Of a stretch of 64,000 bases of DNA, positions 40,205-53,155 are shown piece by piece. Both the position numbers and the translations under genes were made by a program. The notes below the pieces were generated by a model, which saw only the letters and a list, made by a program, of their open reading frames with translations, was not told the DNA's origin and made no database searches. The stretch is from assembly GCF_009914755.1 (NCBI RefSeq), contig NC_060927.1. One strand, given 5' to 3'. Origin of the DNA: the human T2T-CHM13v2.0 reference genome, Homo sapiens. Every line of letters begins with the position of its first letter. The first letter of the stretch is position 1.

Positions 40205-40420
40205 CATAGGACTCTCCATTTCAAGTGACAAAACTGTACTGGCTTAATGAAAAGTGGGACTTTATTGCCTCAGGTAACTGAAAAGTCAAAGGGGTAGTGT
40301 GAGGGTCGGGCCAAATCCAGGCTCTCCAATGATGTCTTCAGTGATGTCTCAGTCTCAGTTCTGTTTTCTTCTCTGATGGGTTTGTCTTCAGTATTCTCAT
40401 GTATTTGCAAGAGTTTATGT
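40205..40420 (-). mobile_element. Old MLT1 (J/K/L-like) LTR remnant hosting the 64-nt exon
   Basis: 'aggactct...caagtgaca...actggcttaa...tttattgcctcaggtaactgaaaagtc...ggggtag...atccaggctc...atgatgtc' follows the antisense MLT1J/K pattern as I recall it. Confidence 0.65.
40210..40273 (+). CDS. EPHA6: Candidate EPHA6 64-nt alternative exon (DSPFQVTKLYWLNEKWDFIAS in the short-isoform frame; stop TAA at 40245 in the full-length frame)
   Basis: ttattttctcttggttcattatattccatAG acceptor, CAG|GTAACT donor. ATG AAA at 22516-22521 + this exon + exon 49143 gives the open frame MKDSPFQVTKLYWLNEKWDFIASASDMAAEQ..., which matches my (unverified) recollection of a short EPHA6 isoform N-terminus. Confidence 0.75.
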
Positions 40421-42068
40421 CTCTGGTAAAAATGGCAATTTTCATTAAACTAACATCTACATATACCCTATTCTAGAATCTGAATATTAATAGTAACTTG
40501 AGAAAAACTCAAGCATGCTGACTGGAGTCAGTTTCAGTTTAAATTATTATGACCTCTTCCTTGCCTATCTCTCCAACTTCCTCTTGTGCATATTGGTATG
40601 TGTCCCAGGCATCTCAAAGTACATATAAACTCCTGAAGATGTTGTGCTATTTATACCTTCGTAGTATTTGTGATGTTTCCTCAAGCCACAGTGTCCAATA
40701 TCTACTTACCATGTTGGTGACTTGCAGATTTCTTCGAATCATTCCAGATTTAGTTTAAGAATTACCTTCTTTATAATCTTCCTACGATTTTTTCGGTGGA
40801 GAATACCACCCTCCCCCTCTTGTCCTGTGACCTTCACACATACCTCCATTCTAGCACCAATGTTTCTGTATTACAACTATGATCTGCATCTCTATCTCTC
40901 TCACTAAAGAGAAACGCTATGAGGAAATCACACTTCAGTTTTCTTCATCTCCCCAAGCTCTATATCACAGTGCTTAGCAAATGGTATTTTTGTTGTTATT
41001 GAGTGAATAATGAGTTGGTGAATGAGAATTTCCTCAAGAAATTATTTAGATTTTTTTTCTAAATAATTCTGTTTTTAAAATCATTTTCTTTAAATATTTT
41101 TTCTATGAAAAATAGACTCCAAATAAATCTAAGTTTATACAGTTCATACAACTTATGAAATTTGTGATCCCTAATGATTATCCATTTCATTACAAAGCTC
41201 TTTATCTCAAACCACAGTAACTTATATTAAGAAGCTATAACCCCAAGTGCATAGATATGCTCACCAATGTGCAAATATCTACTATTAATATTATGGCACA
41301 TGGTGAATAGTATTTAAAATTGAACATCATTGGTTCCAGGTCAGTGATCCAGGGATGTTGTGAAATTTGTATGGAAATCCTATTTTACACTGGATCTTAA
41401 AAGACTTTTTAAAGGATGAAAGATATATGCATGAAGATGTAAATATTCTTTGAGAAAAATGTTCTCAAGACCTATCTCAACTGCCAGTAACAATATGAAA
41501 TACAGACAATTACAAATTACATCTTTGACATTTAGGATGTTGACCGTAGTTTCAGGTGTTTAAATGTCTCAATCATTTTCTTTGTTCTTTGAAATTTGTT
41601 ATATGAAGGCTACCTATGGTAAGGCATCTTGACCATTCATTAATGAACACAAGAATCTCTTAAAATAAAAAAAAGTCAGAAAATACTTCATTATGCTGCG
41701 CTATTTGCCTCTGCTTCTGCTTCTCCATTAAATTGTACCAAAATCACATTTTCCAATTATTCCTGTGTCATTTGGCATTTTTACCTGACAAGTAAATTGA
41801 GGTCATCAGGAAGAGTGAATCTCAAAATCTCTGTTGTTTCAGTGTAGCCACAGTTTGATATACTGAATTGTATTGTTTCTGGAGAAGTGGCAGAGGAGTA
41901 GAAGAAGGCACAGCTATGAAATCACTTTCTGAAAAAAAAAAAAAAAGTATGATCCCTGCTAAGGGTCTCTGCTTCAACAGAAATGATCCATGAGGTTTGT
42001 TTCCATTCAGCTGAGAAATCAGTAATCAGCTTACTTGAATGGAAAAAAGAAACTCTTGCTATTCTCTT

Positions 42069-42432
42069 TTATTTCTAATCTTAGAGATACTTTTCCTTTG
42101 GGTAGATAGCATCAAATATTGAATGAATGTAAAAGAAAAATATCAGTATAATACTATGTTGACTATATTTACTTTTTTTCAAAGCCTAGGCAGGGATATT
42201 TAGGAAAAAAAATGACCCACATTATTTTCTATTAATTTATTTCTGAATAAATTATTATTTCTAATCTTATATATATTTTCCTTTGAGTAGATAGCATCAA
42301 ATATTGAATGAATGTAAAAGAAAGATATCAGTATAATACTAAGTTGACTATTTTTACTTTTTTTCAAAGCCTAGGCAGGGATATTTAGGAAAAATAAATT
42401 TACCCACATTATTTTCTATTAATTTACCTCTG
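42069..42432. repeat. Tandem duplication of a ~177-bp unique segment (period ~186 bp)
   Basis: Copies 42069-42245 and 42255-42432 share long identical blocks (gtagatagcatcaaatattgaatgaatgtaaaagaaa; caaagcctaggcagggatatttaggaaaaa; acccacattattttctattaattta). Confidence 0.93.
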
Positions 42433-45099
42433 TACATACTGATTTACAAAATACAAATATGTAAGGGAATGTAATGTAAAATTACAACGTGTTTAAGCAT
42501 TACTGTTGACACACAAATCAAGTAAGAAAACTGTTCTTTAGCCAAGGGCATTTTATCCTTATATTTAGAATGTGATTTTTATCTCTTTTTCACAAACAAT
42601 ACACATATATTAATACCTATACTATGTATGGCTTATACTAATCCCTTGTTATATAGAAAGTTGAAACATATTATTCTGCCCTCAAGAGGCTTGTAGTAGA
42701 GATGAGTCAAAAAACTGAAACTCTCAGGAAATGAATCATTTTGATAATTTAAGTTTTTGGCCAGGGTTTAATCTTAGAAGTATTATTTTTATAACTTTAG
42801 AATAGTTTGGAGGCAAACGTTTTTTAATCATGCATCCCCAAACTCTTGTCCTTTCAAATAAAATATATTGGACTTATCTCAGTATTTTCTAATTAATATC
42901 GAATGATCATATGAAGGTATCGAGTTATAAAACATAGTGAATTATTTGATGCTCCTTGAATTTTGTAGGGCTATTTGATCCTAAACTCCTGGCTCCTGAC
43001 TAGTGTACACTTTGGAATCTTGTGTCAGATTTTCAGTTTTTCCACCTCTTCCATCAGTCTGACTAGCAGTGTGCAATTATTTTCAACTCTCTCTTTGTAG
43101 ATGCCTCCCCAACCTATCTTCTAATCTGTTGCCTACTACACTATTTTATGAACTTGGAAATCAATAAATATATGTGAAGTAAAACTGTGAGGTATCAAAG
43201 CTGTTTTATAGTATGTGGACCTCAGTCAGATGCCTTTCTAGAGAATCTTTTTTATTTGTTTTTGTCTTGCTTTCTATCGTTCAACTAAATCACATAATTG
43301 AGACTGCTGTCTAGCTGATTTCAAATACATGTGATAATATGGGTACCTGAACTAAGAAAATACAGTGGGAGTTGGAGAGAATGAGAAAGAATCTAAGAAA
43401 TACTTTAAAATTATAAGGGACAGGACTGATCAACTTGGAAGGCGAAGGAGAGAATTGGTTGAGGGCTGAGTCCAAGGTTTCTTGCCTGAACATCTCTGAG
43501 AATGGGACATGGGAAAGGGATGATTTTACTTTCTAGGCAATGGGAAATGTTCTCAATATTTTAAAATGTTATTATGAAGAATAATTACATCCATATAACG
43601 TGGATGTATTGTGAAGAGATACTGTGGAAAGGCAACCTAATAGCAAATGATGAAACTAGTCTACTCCTGTGGGGCTGAAGCCTCACAGTAGGCTGTGTCA
43701 CTGGTAATAGAGGCAGGATGAAAAACTTGACTCTGGACTTGGAGTTGTAGGAAAATGCAAAATCAAGGATAACCCTATGCTTTTAAACCCACGTGGCCCA
43801 AATGATAACAATATCATCTACAAAGTCACAAGTTTATGTTCATCTAGAAGATATGTTTCCTCAGCTTTCATTTGTATCTCATACTCTTCTGTCTGCATGA
43901 GAATGTGGTGTTGAAAATGTGAAGATTAATTAATCTCCATTATGTGTTGCTAAATGCTTATAAAGTTAAGCCAATTCTGATTTCTATACATGATCTGAGA
44001 GGAGAATTTTCCTGTATTGGTTGTCCATAAACTTTAAAACTAATTTACTGGGTATCATCAATTCATGGCTTTGTTGAGATTTGTGCTATGTTTAAAGAAA
44101 TCATTCTGTTGAAATGATGAAGACAATTTATTTCACTGAGCAGCATTTTTTGTGAGATGCTTTATTTAAAAATTCATATTAACTACTGTCTTCAATAACT
44201 TTAAAAATATGTTCATAACAGAAAAGAGTTAACTTTAAAAATCTATTCCACAGAAAATGACACAGAATACAAATAACAGATTTTACTTTGAAATGTAAAT
44301 ATAAACTAGAATAATCTTGATTACAGGGAGACAAAATCATATGCCTCCATAGAAGAAAATTCTTTGGTTAAAAATAGCCAAATTGCCTTTCTCCGACACT
44401 TTCCTAAAGATATGAAATCTCTTTTTTAAGTATTTAGATTCCAAGTAAAGCATTTCACTTTTTTTTTCTTTAGATGGAAACAAACCACACTTAATAATGT
44501 CATCACAACTTATGCCAAACGCTGTTGCTCAGTTACAATTTTGCAATTCTTTTTGGATAATTGCTTCCTCTTAAGGAAGTATACTTCTTCCCAAATCATA
44601 GAATGAAATATATCATTTTAATATTTTTATCTTTGTCCAAGAATACAAGCTAACAATTAAACAAAGGATCATTTCCAATCAGTGAGTCACAAATAAATTT
44701 TATTTTACACTATGGATTTCAGAGTGGTTCTTTTTAGGGACAAGTTTGCTTTCAACAGATGCCACTTATATGAGTAAACGATACATTTTTCTCCTACAAA
44801 ACTAATGAGAAGGTTCTGCTCAGGATTGAAAAAACTGAATGGATAATGCTATAGACAAGTTTTCATAACAGAGACATTTGTAGCTCTACTGTATTTTAGT
44901 GGAATCCATTTGGCAGGTAACTTCATGGTTTGCTTATTTGTTTCTTTAAGTGTCTATTTAAATAAACCAAACTAATGAGATCTCTAGCCAAGGAGGTGAT
45001 CATCCTGTTCCTCCTCTTACTTCTTCCAACACATTACATTTTCCCAAATTCCCTGTCAGCTCACTCACTGCCAGAGGCTGCTTATTCTTTTCCAACACC

Positions 45100-45278
45100 A
45101 TTCAGTTTCCCTTTTGTAACAATAATTACTTCTGTAATTTCTTATTCAGTGTCTGTCTTCCCCACTGAACTGAAAATCCATGAGCACAGTAACTGTGTTT
45201 TGTTCATCACTGTATACCCTGTGTCTATGTTAGTGCCTAGCATAAACTAGTTGCTCAATAAATATTAATTGAATGAAC
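45100..45278 (+). mobile_element. L2 3' end
   Basis: 'tttgttcatcactgtatacc...tagtgcctagcata...gctcaataaatatt...gaatgaa'. Confidence 0.75.
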
Positions 45279-45606
45279 TAATAAATTCTTAACCTTAGAC
45301 TCATATTTCTGAGCTTTGGTCCACTCAACTTGGTAAAATGTAGCAGTCTGAATTCCCTAGTAGCTTCTACCTCCCAGAAAGCATTGTCTCCAAGCACACA
45401 GAGTAATTGGATTTTTCTGATTAGTGTTGGGTACACTCTCTTCACGTACATTGTATAGCTACACTGATGGTAAATCTTCCCCACATATCAAGGGAAGGGT
45501 GGGAATGTGGATTACTCCTGAACTTTTCTTACCAGAACCATCCAGTGCAAATAATTATTCAACCCACTCACTCAAAGGAATATTTATTACCATGTAGGCT
45601 GGACAC

Positions 45607-45977
45607 TGTATTGGTTTCCTAGGACTGTTGAAACAAATTGTCACTAAGTCAATGGCTTAAAACAATATATCACAGCTCTGGAGACCAAAAGCATGCTCCC
45701 TCCAAAGTTTCTAAGAGAGACTTCTTCCTTTTCTCTTCTTGCTTCTGGTGTCTTATTCTTTGGCTTGTGGGTTGCATAACTCATCTCTGCCTTTGTCTTT
45801 ACATGTGTCTTTACATGGCCTTCTCGTCTTTGTCTTCTCCACTTTTCTCTCTCATAAGGACACTTGTCATTGGATATGGGACAACCTGTTTAATCCAGGA
45901 TAATCAAGTTTCTTAATTACACCTGCAAATTCCTTTTTTGAGGGGAGGGGGAAAGGCTGTCACCATTCACCCCACTA
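45607..45977 (-). mobile_element. MLT1A/B/C-type LTR
   Basis: tgtattggtttcctagg...; 'ataaggacacttgtcattggat'; 'ttaattacacctgcaaa'. Confidence 0.78.
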
Positions 45978-48900
45978 TGGATATCATAGTGAATATAGTT
46001 CCTGCTCTCATTGAATTTGAAATCAAATGAGAAAGACAGATTATAAAAAGTAATTTCAATAAAATGTGATGGTTTTATTGGTAGAAATCTTTTAAGGGTC
46101 TTGGGGAACATCTGTCTGGGGACCTACCCAAATCTAAACAACCAGAAAAAAAAGTGCTTCCCAAATGATAAGATATTCATGGAGGAGTGATTAGAAATTG
46201 ACCAGATATTAAGAGTTTGGCTCATTCAAGGACTTGGAAGAAATTCAGTATGCTTAAAGAATGATAAGATGTATCTGAAGACATACGCTAGAGCCATTTG
46301 TAGACAGCTTTGATAACAAAGTTAAGGGCCTTGTAGTTTATCCTGAGATGAAGTCAGAGCTCTGTGATGGACCAACACTAATATGATAAAACGCAAAAAT
46401 TATCCCCATCAGGACCAAGCTCCTGAGTGTTTTTATTTCCATATGGCAAATCTTGTTCTTTCCACTATTTTGTTGCAGCCTGCATGGATAACACAATATC
46501 ATAGTACAATTGCTCTGAAAGATTGTGACAAGAATGTTTAATTCAACATTATCATTTTACAGACATGAAATCAAGTTCAAGCAAGGCTATGATTGTTGTA
46601 GGGTAACCAAAACCGCTAGATCTAGTTAGTTCTTCTGTTAGGAAAAATGGTGGTTTAAAGTACTGGCAATTGCTTGGGCTTGGAGATCGGCAAAAAGAAG
46701 TTGGATTGCCGGCTTTCCCTTGACAAGATATGTAACCTTGAGAAAGTAACTGTTTAAACTAGGAATGATAATAGTACCTACCTATCAAGACCATTGTGAA
46801 GATAATTTTGATAATGAATTGACGCTCATAGTTTCCTATTAAATAAATAATGACTGTTGTTCTTGTTGAAGATGATAATGTTGATGAGGTTTTTATAATC
46901 ATCCCAGCCTCACAATCTATAGCATTTTACTCCCAGTATAATAGTGTTTCATTAAATACTCTTATTAGGAAATAAGAGTATTTAACATATTTATTTTCTA
47001 ATAAGAGTATTTAACACATTTTATTCTCCACAGAGGAGTGTTTACAGTTCCTAAGTTTAAGAAACAATTATGCAGGAATATGCATTTTTCAAAGGGTCAT
47101 AACTTAAGATTGTTATCCAATTAAAATTTTAATTAAAACAAAGTTTATAAATGTAATAACAAGTGTGCAGAAGGAGACATATTTGTAGAATTAGCAGTTT
47201 AGTCAGTAATTATGTATGTAAAACAACACCATTTTTTATAACAAAGTAATCTGATTTTCAAAAGGCACCCAATTACAAAATCTCCCTCTGAATTTTGGAC
47301 TCAACAAATTATAGCTACCTAACTACTATGAAACTATATGCCCCTGATTCAAAATTCTTGAATTATGCTATTTATTTTACAGATACAACAGTTTTTAAGT
47401 AAATAATGTTTTTTGGGTAAATGCCATCTGCTTTATCTTCAAAAAGATAATGCTTTCTAGAACAACTATTTCTTACATTTTTGTTATTCAATAACTTTCA
47501 GTGAGAAAATATGACATTTTAGAGCACAACATTCATTCCCATGATATCGGTGCTATTTTGAAGATTAGGAAATTCAGTGAAGACCTAATAAAAAACCTTC
47601 AGTACATTATTTATTGGATAAGATGCAACTATTTAACTTGTCTCTGCACAGATTATGAGTGAAAACTTAACATTGTAGTACATTGCTTGAAAATGTCTTG
47701 ATTAAATCATAGTGACTAAGTTCTAATTCTAAGATTTAATACATTTCTCTTACTGAAAACTGAACATAAATGACTTCAACTCTTTTGTTTTTATTTACAT
47801 TCAGATTTTTTTAAAAGTCTCTAAAGTGCTGTGACTGGTTTCTTACTGACTTGACAATAGTGTTGAAGGCTTAGACATTCTGTTGTAGATATGTCATTTT
47901 TATGAGAATGCTATTACTCTGGATATGAATTTGCACATAATATACTGCATACTCAATTCCCAGAAAAAGATCTACTTCTGTGGAAGCTGTAAAATACTCA
48001 AGTTTAATAAATTATTATGTTAGAGACTTCTGCAGTTTGCTTCTCAGTTATATACTTTATTTGATCCAATTTTCTCCAATAGCTGATAAGATTAATAGAT
48101 ATTATTTATTTTCAGTAGTCAAAATAAAAAACAAGTTTAATTTAAGTTAAGGAACATTAAGAGACTGATTGATTTGGTTTTTTATATTATTGATGATTAA
48201 CTCAATTATTACTACAAGTTATAGTAACAAAAATGGAGAAATGAGACAAAACCCTGAAAGACTGAATTCTGGTCATAGTTTTATGTGGGCTTGGGCAATT
48301 TCTTTAATTTTTCTGTGCTTCTGTTTTCTTACCTCTATTATTGAGGAATTGCCTATTCCACTCATTGAAAATTATATTTGATTAAAGCATTATTAATATA
48401 AAAAATTAGAAGTGCTAATAAATTAATTTAAATGATATATGTTAAAAGATTCCCAGAAGATTAGTAAAACATGCAGCTCATGTGCTTTTAAGAGACAGTT
48501 TTATGAATGAAAGAAGGAACATGTTGCTACCATATATAATCTGGTCTTTTCTTCAAAAAAGGAAGCTTTTAAACATCATTTTTCCAATTATTGCTGATTA
48601 AACATCTAAGCACCCATTATGTATATCCTCGTGCTGTGGAGGTGAGAATCCACAATTTTAGTGTTTGAATTAAGTTCTATGAAGTATAAAGAACATCATT
48701 CTTAAAAGGAATTATACAGTAGTCTTTCTACTTTGTGAAAACAGATATCAAAACAGTCTATAAAGCCTGGTCTATTGGCCAGTGTTTAAGAGGAAATACA
48801 GTGAGCAATTACATAAAACAATTCTTTAGCCTATCTGCTGATTTAGTTTTACAGCACATACTTAATCTTAAAATAAGGGGTACTAAGAATTCATCTACTT

Positions 48901-49142
48901 TATTGATCTTTTTTGAAGAAAGAGGACAGGTTTATGTTGTGGGTTATGGCCCCAACTCTTCAGCCCTGAGTCAAAACTCATTTATTTTGGGTTTGCTTCA
49001 TACGTGTCAAATACTGAAATAAAGGCCAAATATACTGAGCTTGGCATCCGTTATTGTATTTTCTAGTGTAAACTAAATTGTAAAATGGTTTTAATAGTGA
49101 AATGTCACCCAGGGAAATTTTAATATTGTATCTCTGTTTCAG

Positions 49143-49251
49143 CTTCTGACATGGCAGCAGAACAAGGACAGATTCTCGTGATAGCCACCGCCGCTGTTGG
49201 CGGATTCACTCTCCTCGTCATCCTCACTTTATTCTTCTTGATCACTGGGAG
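49143..49251 (+). CDS. EPHA6: EPHA6 transmembrane exon ((T)SDMAAEQGQILVIATAAVGGFTLLVILTLFFLITG(R))
   Basis: tctctgtttcAG acceptor, AG|GTAACT donor; 109 nt (phase 1 to 2), in phase with the previous exon; about 24-residue hydrophobic helix. Confidence 0.96.
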
Positions 49252-51201
49252 GTAACTGAAACATACCATACTATTTCCGAGATTTATGAATAACCACTCT
49301 TTTTATACATTGTGTATTCAAATGCTTTTAGATATAACAAAGCACACCTGAGGTCGAGAGGGATCCCAGAAGAATCCACTCTGACAGTGAACCATCATTA
49401 GTTCTCTGTTTCAACAGGTCCCTGAATATGGAAAGATCCGAAGATGACTAAAGCTGTTTGAAAGCTATGAATGATGAATTTATAGTCAATAAGTTACTCC
49501 ATATTTTTCCTTTACTATAATCAAATTACATCATAAAAAATAATTTTCTTAAAAAATATTTTAATGGAAAGTCAGAACAATTTATAGAAAAACTCTTTAT
49601 AAACCTAGTGTTATAGAAATATAATATTTTGTCAATTAAATATTGAAACTGTCTATGTTAGAATTATATTAATTGGTTTTATAAATCCAATATTTCTATA
49701 CTTCAAAGTAATTTGAATAAAATATAAACTAACAGTAAATTTAACATAGCAAAAGACCTAAATTTGAATCCTGACTAACTGGTCCAAGTGCTTCACCCAT
49801 CAGAACCTTAGCTTTCTATTTTTATACAGGTTTGATACAAAAGTATATTAAAACCATTTAATGACTTTTAAATAAATAGTATGAATACCATAATCCAGGT
49901 GCTGATAATACAGACGTGAATGAAGATAATATGTATAAAATTATATCAAAGAATAAATGTTATTTCTTATTTAATCCATGGTATTTGGCCAGGACTTTTT
50001 CCAGAAATCACAATATTTTATTCTCAGATCATTCTAACAAGAAGATAAAATAGTCTATCTAGATATCAAAAGAGGCACAAAAGAATACCTCAACAGATTT
50101 TTTATAATCAGAAACACACATCTACTGCAATATTTCACTATCATGATTTAAAACTGCAAAAAGAATGTCAGCCAAACAGTACACACCAATGTTGACTCCA
50201 GCTAAAGTACACCAACCCTGCCAGAAAACATTGGTACGTCAGAAAGAGCAGAAATAATAAACAGCACCTTCAGTGAACCGAAAACACTATTTGTTTTTAA
50301 AACTCTGCTTAGGGACCAACATTTTATTAAAATTTAATCTACTTAAAATTACAGAGGTAATTTTAATACACATATGAAAAATTGTCTACAATTTTGACAG
50401 CACACCAAAAAGTATAGAACTTGACAAGTACTTTGCATGTATCAAATGTGGGTCCCTGACAAATATACAACTGCTATTCAGTAACAGTGTATTAGATATA
50501 GTTGTAACAAACCTCCTTTTATAGAATTTACCGAGGAAAAAAGCAGCATGAATATTCTAATGTGGTTGAGTTAAAAATGATGACTTATTTGTGAAATTAA
50601 GTGGAAAGAAGGCACTTTACAACTATGTTTACTTAAGTTTTTCATGTATATAAACAGATATAGTAATGGTCTTAGAATTAAGAGGGAGTATTTGGGGGTC
50701 TCTAGTTTTGGGGGGTGATTAGCTGATAGAATAATGCCAGCTACAGTAACAAGGAAAAAAACAGACATGAAAGAATGCAGGAAATAATGATAAATTCATC
50801 TTAATACAAGTACTAATTTGGGCACAACATGTTGCCACCATCAGGCACTGTTGTCCAGCATCCTCTTAGGACCCTTTTCCTTTATTTTTAGGGCAAACCT
50901 CTGACAGCTAACTGCCATCATCAGAGCTTTGATATAGCTCATCTTTTATAGAGGACAGAAAGCAAATTTTGGAATCTCTAAACCAATTAACCATTAGGTT
51001 GTAGATTAAATGTTCAACACTGCAGCTTATCAAACATGGCCTACAAAAACTTGAATCACTAGCCAGAATAAAGTGATTATAAAAAATAAACAAAACCCCT
51101 AAACATCCTGGTGGAGGTCTAAGTTTTCTGAGAAAGATTAAAATTATTCCCATACTATTTTGGACTCTGGCAAAGAGAGGGATTACAAGACAGTTATGGT
51201 T

Positions 51202-51311
51202 AGAGAAAGAGAAAGAGAAAGAGAGAGGAAGGGAAGGGAAGGGGAGGGGAGGGGAGGGGAGGAAGGGAAGGAAGGGAGGGAGGAAAGGAAGGAGAGAAAG
51301 AGAGAGAGGAA
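51202..51311 (+). repeat. Polypurine microsatellite (GA/GGAA/GGGGA)
   Basis: About 110 nt of only A and G. Confidence 0.92.
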
Positions 51312-51791
51312 GTTTCAGTGAGGGTTAATGGCGCAAGTTTAAAAAAGAAAGGAAAAAAGAAAATAAAAGTATTTTGTTGTATGTAAAGTCACAATGACAA
51401 TTTGGTTAAGAAAATCAAATTGCCACTACTTTAGCATTGCTACGTGTTTAGTAAACTTTATTAGGAAAATGTTAAATAGAAGAATAAACCTTACTGTATA
51501 TTCCTTACCCTCTATAACATTAATGCTGCCCATGCATTTTGAACTGGGGTCACTGATATCTTTATAATACTCTAATTATCATGAAGGACAATCTGCTTTG
51601 GAGCCCAGAAAGTTTATTTAGTTTTTAAAGTACAATGGCATTCCATTGTACTTTAAGGAGCTCTTAACTACAAAGACACAAATTTATCATGTAACTATAC
51701 TGTGAAAAAATAGGTATGATGGTTGATTTTGATTCAGAAATATTTTTGTTTTCCATTTTCAAAGTTTCTTTGAAGGAGGGAGTAATCTCCT

Positions 51792-51844
51792 TTTCTTATT
51801 ATTATACTTTAAGTTCTAGGGTACATGTGCACACATATGTTTAT
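51792..51844 (-). mobile_element. Ultra-short L1PA 3'-terminal insertion with TSD
   Basis: ttattattatactttaagttctagggtacatgtgcaca flanked by GGAGGGAGTAAT(C/T)TC(C/T)T at 51775-51791 and 51845-51861. Confidence 0.85.
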
Positions 51845-53084
51845 GGAGGGAGTAATTTCTTAAATGTGATTTTATTTAACATCAGTATTACATTATTTAC
51901 AATAGAAAAAAATCCTCTGGACGTTTAAAAGAAATTTAATAATGATTCACTATATTGCAAAATTGGATACAGTTATATGTATCTTGTAGAACATAAGTTA
52001 AGGCCTTATTTTTTCATAGAGTATTTCAGTAAACAGTGATTTAAATAGCACATACACATGTGGCAAAGCATTTCATTAAGGCATCAGAAAATATTTCCTT
52101 AACACATAAATATGACAAACACAAAAGAAAACATTTCAATCTTTGCAGGCTAAATAAGTATTGCCTAATAAACTTGAGAGTTGGGCTCAAATATTATCTT
52201 TATTTGGGATTCCTGGAGCAGAATAGATATACCACTTCAAAGGAGAATTTAATGATGAAGAAAAATTTGTGCTAAATTATTTTCAGCTTTCAGTTTCTAT
52301 GTTTGCCAATTTATATTTCATTAGAAATTGCTTTAACATTCCATGCAATGAAGAGAACAATTTCAATTACATAAAATAGAAAAAAAAATATTTTGAAGTA
52401 TTGCTTAAGCACTTTGGTAGGGGAGCAGTCATTGGAAAATATTCTATGAAAACTGTAAGACATTTCTGAATAAATGCTCAACTTGCCATAGAATTCGAGG
52501 CAAAATTCCCATTGAAAGACTGAATTATGTAACACAGACGTACTTTGTTTAGCCATTAGAAATTTGATAAACCATCAAATCATATGGATGTTGAAGAATT
52601 TACTCATATTGAAGAAATCTTGAGAGCATGGTTATCCAGAGGGAGACTAGAACATGCCTCTACCAAATTCCAAATATTAAAAAATAAAACTGCTGAACCA
52701 TCCTGCTGTTTAGCAGTGAAAATGGAAGACAGTTGTATACATTTCTGAAATTCTGACTCAAAATGCTTTTTTTATTTTGACTTTTAATTTTCTTTTTACC
52801 AACTCTAGCTATTAGTAGTCATGTAAGGGATGGTTATGGCAGATTATTAAATATTTTCTAAGACTCCTATCTTTCGAATCCATCTACTTAACAGTATTTT
52901 ATTCTAGGGCTAATTTCAGTGTACATAAAAAACCTACTATAGAATATTTTCACGTTATAAAGATATTTTAAAAGTGGTCTTTATGACAAGAAATTTGTTC
53001 ATAGATTATATGTATTTTAATTGGTTTTGCATTGTATGCATCATACTTCTTAAAACAAGTTTTTTTTTTTAATCTTTTTAAAAG

Positions 53085-53155
53085 ATGTCAGTGGTACATA
53101 AAAGCCAAGATGAAGTCAGAAGAGAAGAGAAGAAACCACTTACAGAATGGGCATT
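53085..53155 (+). CDS. EPHA6: EPHA6 juxtamembrane exon ((R)CQWYIKAKMKSEEKRRNHLQNGH(L))
   Basis: T-rich tract + taaaAG acceptor, T|GTAAGT donor; 71 nt (phase 2 to 1); basic stop-transfer segment ending in the EphA-typical NGH. Confidence 0.93.
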
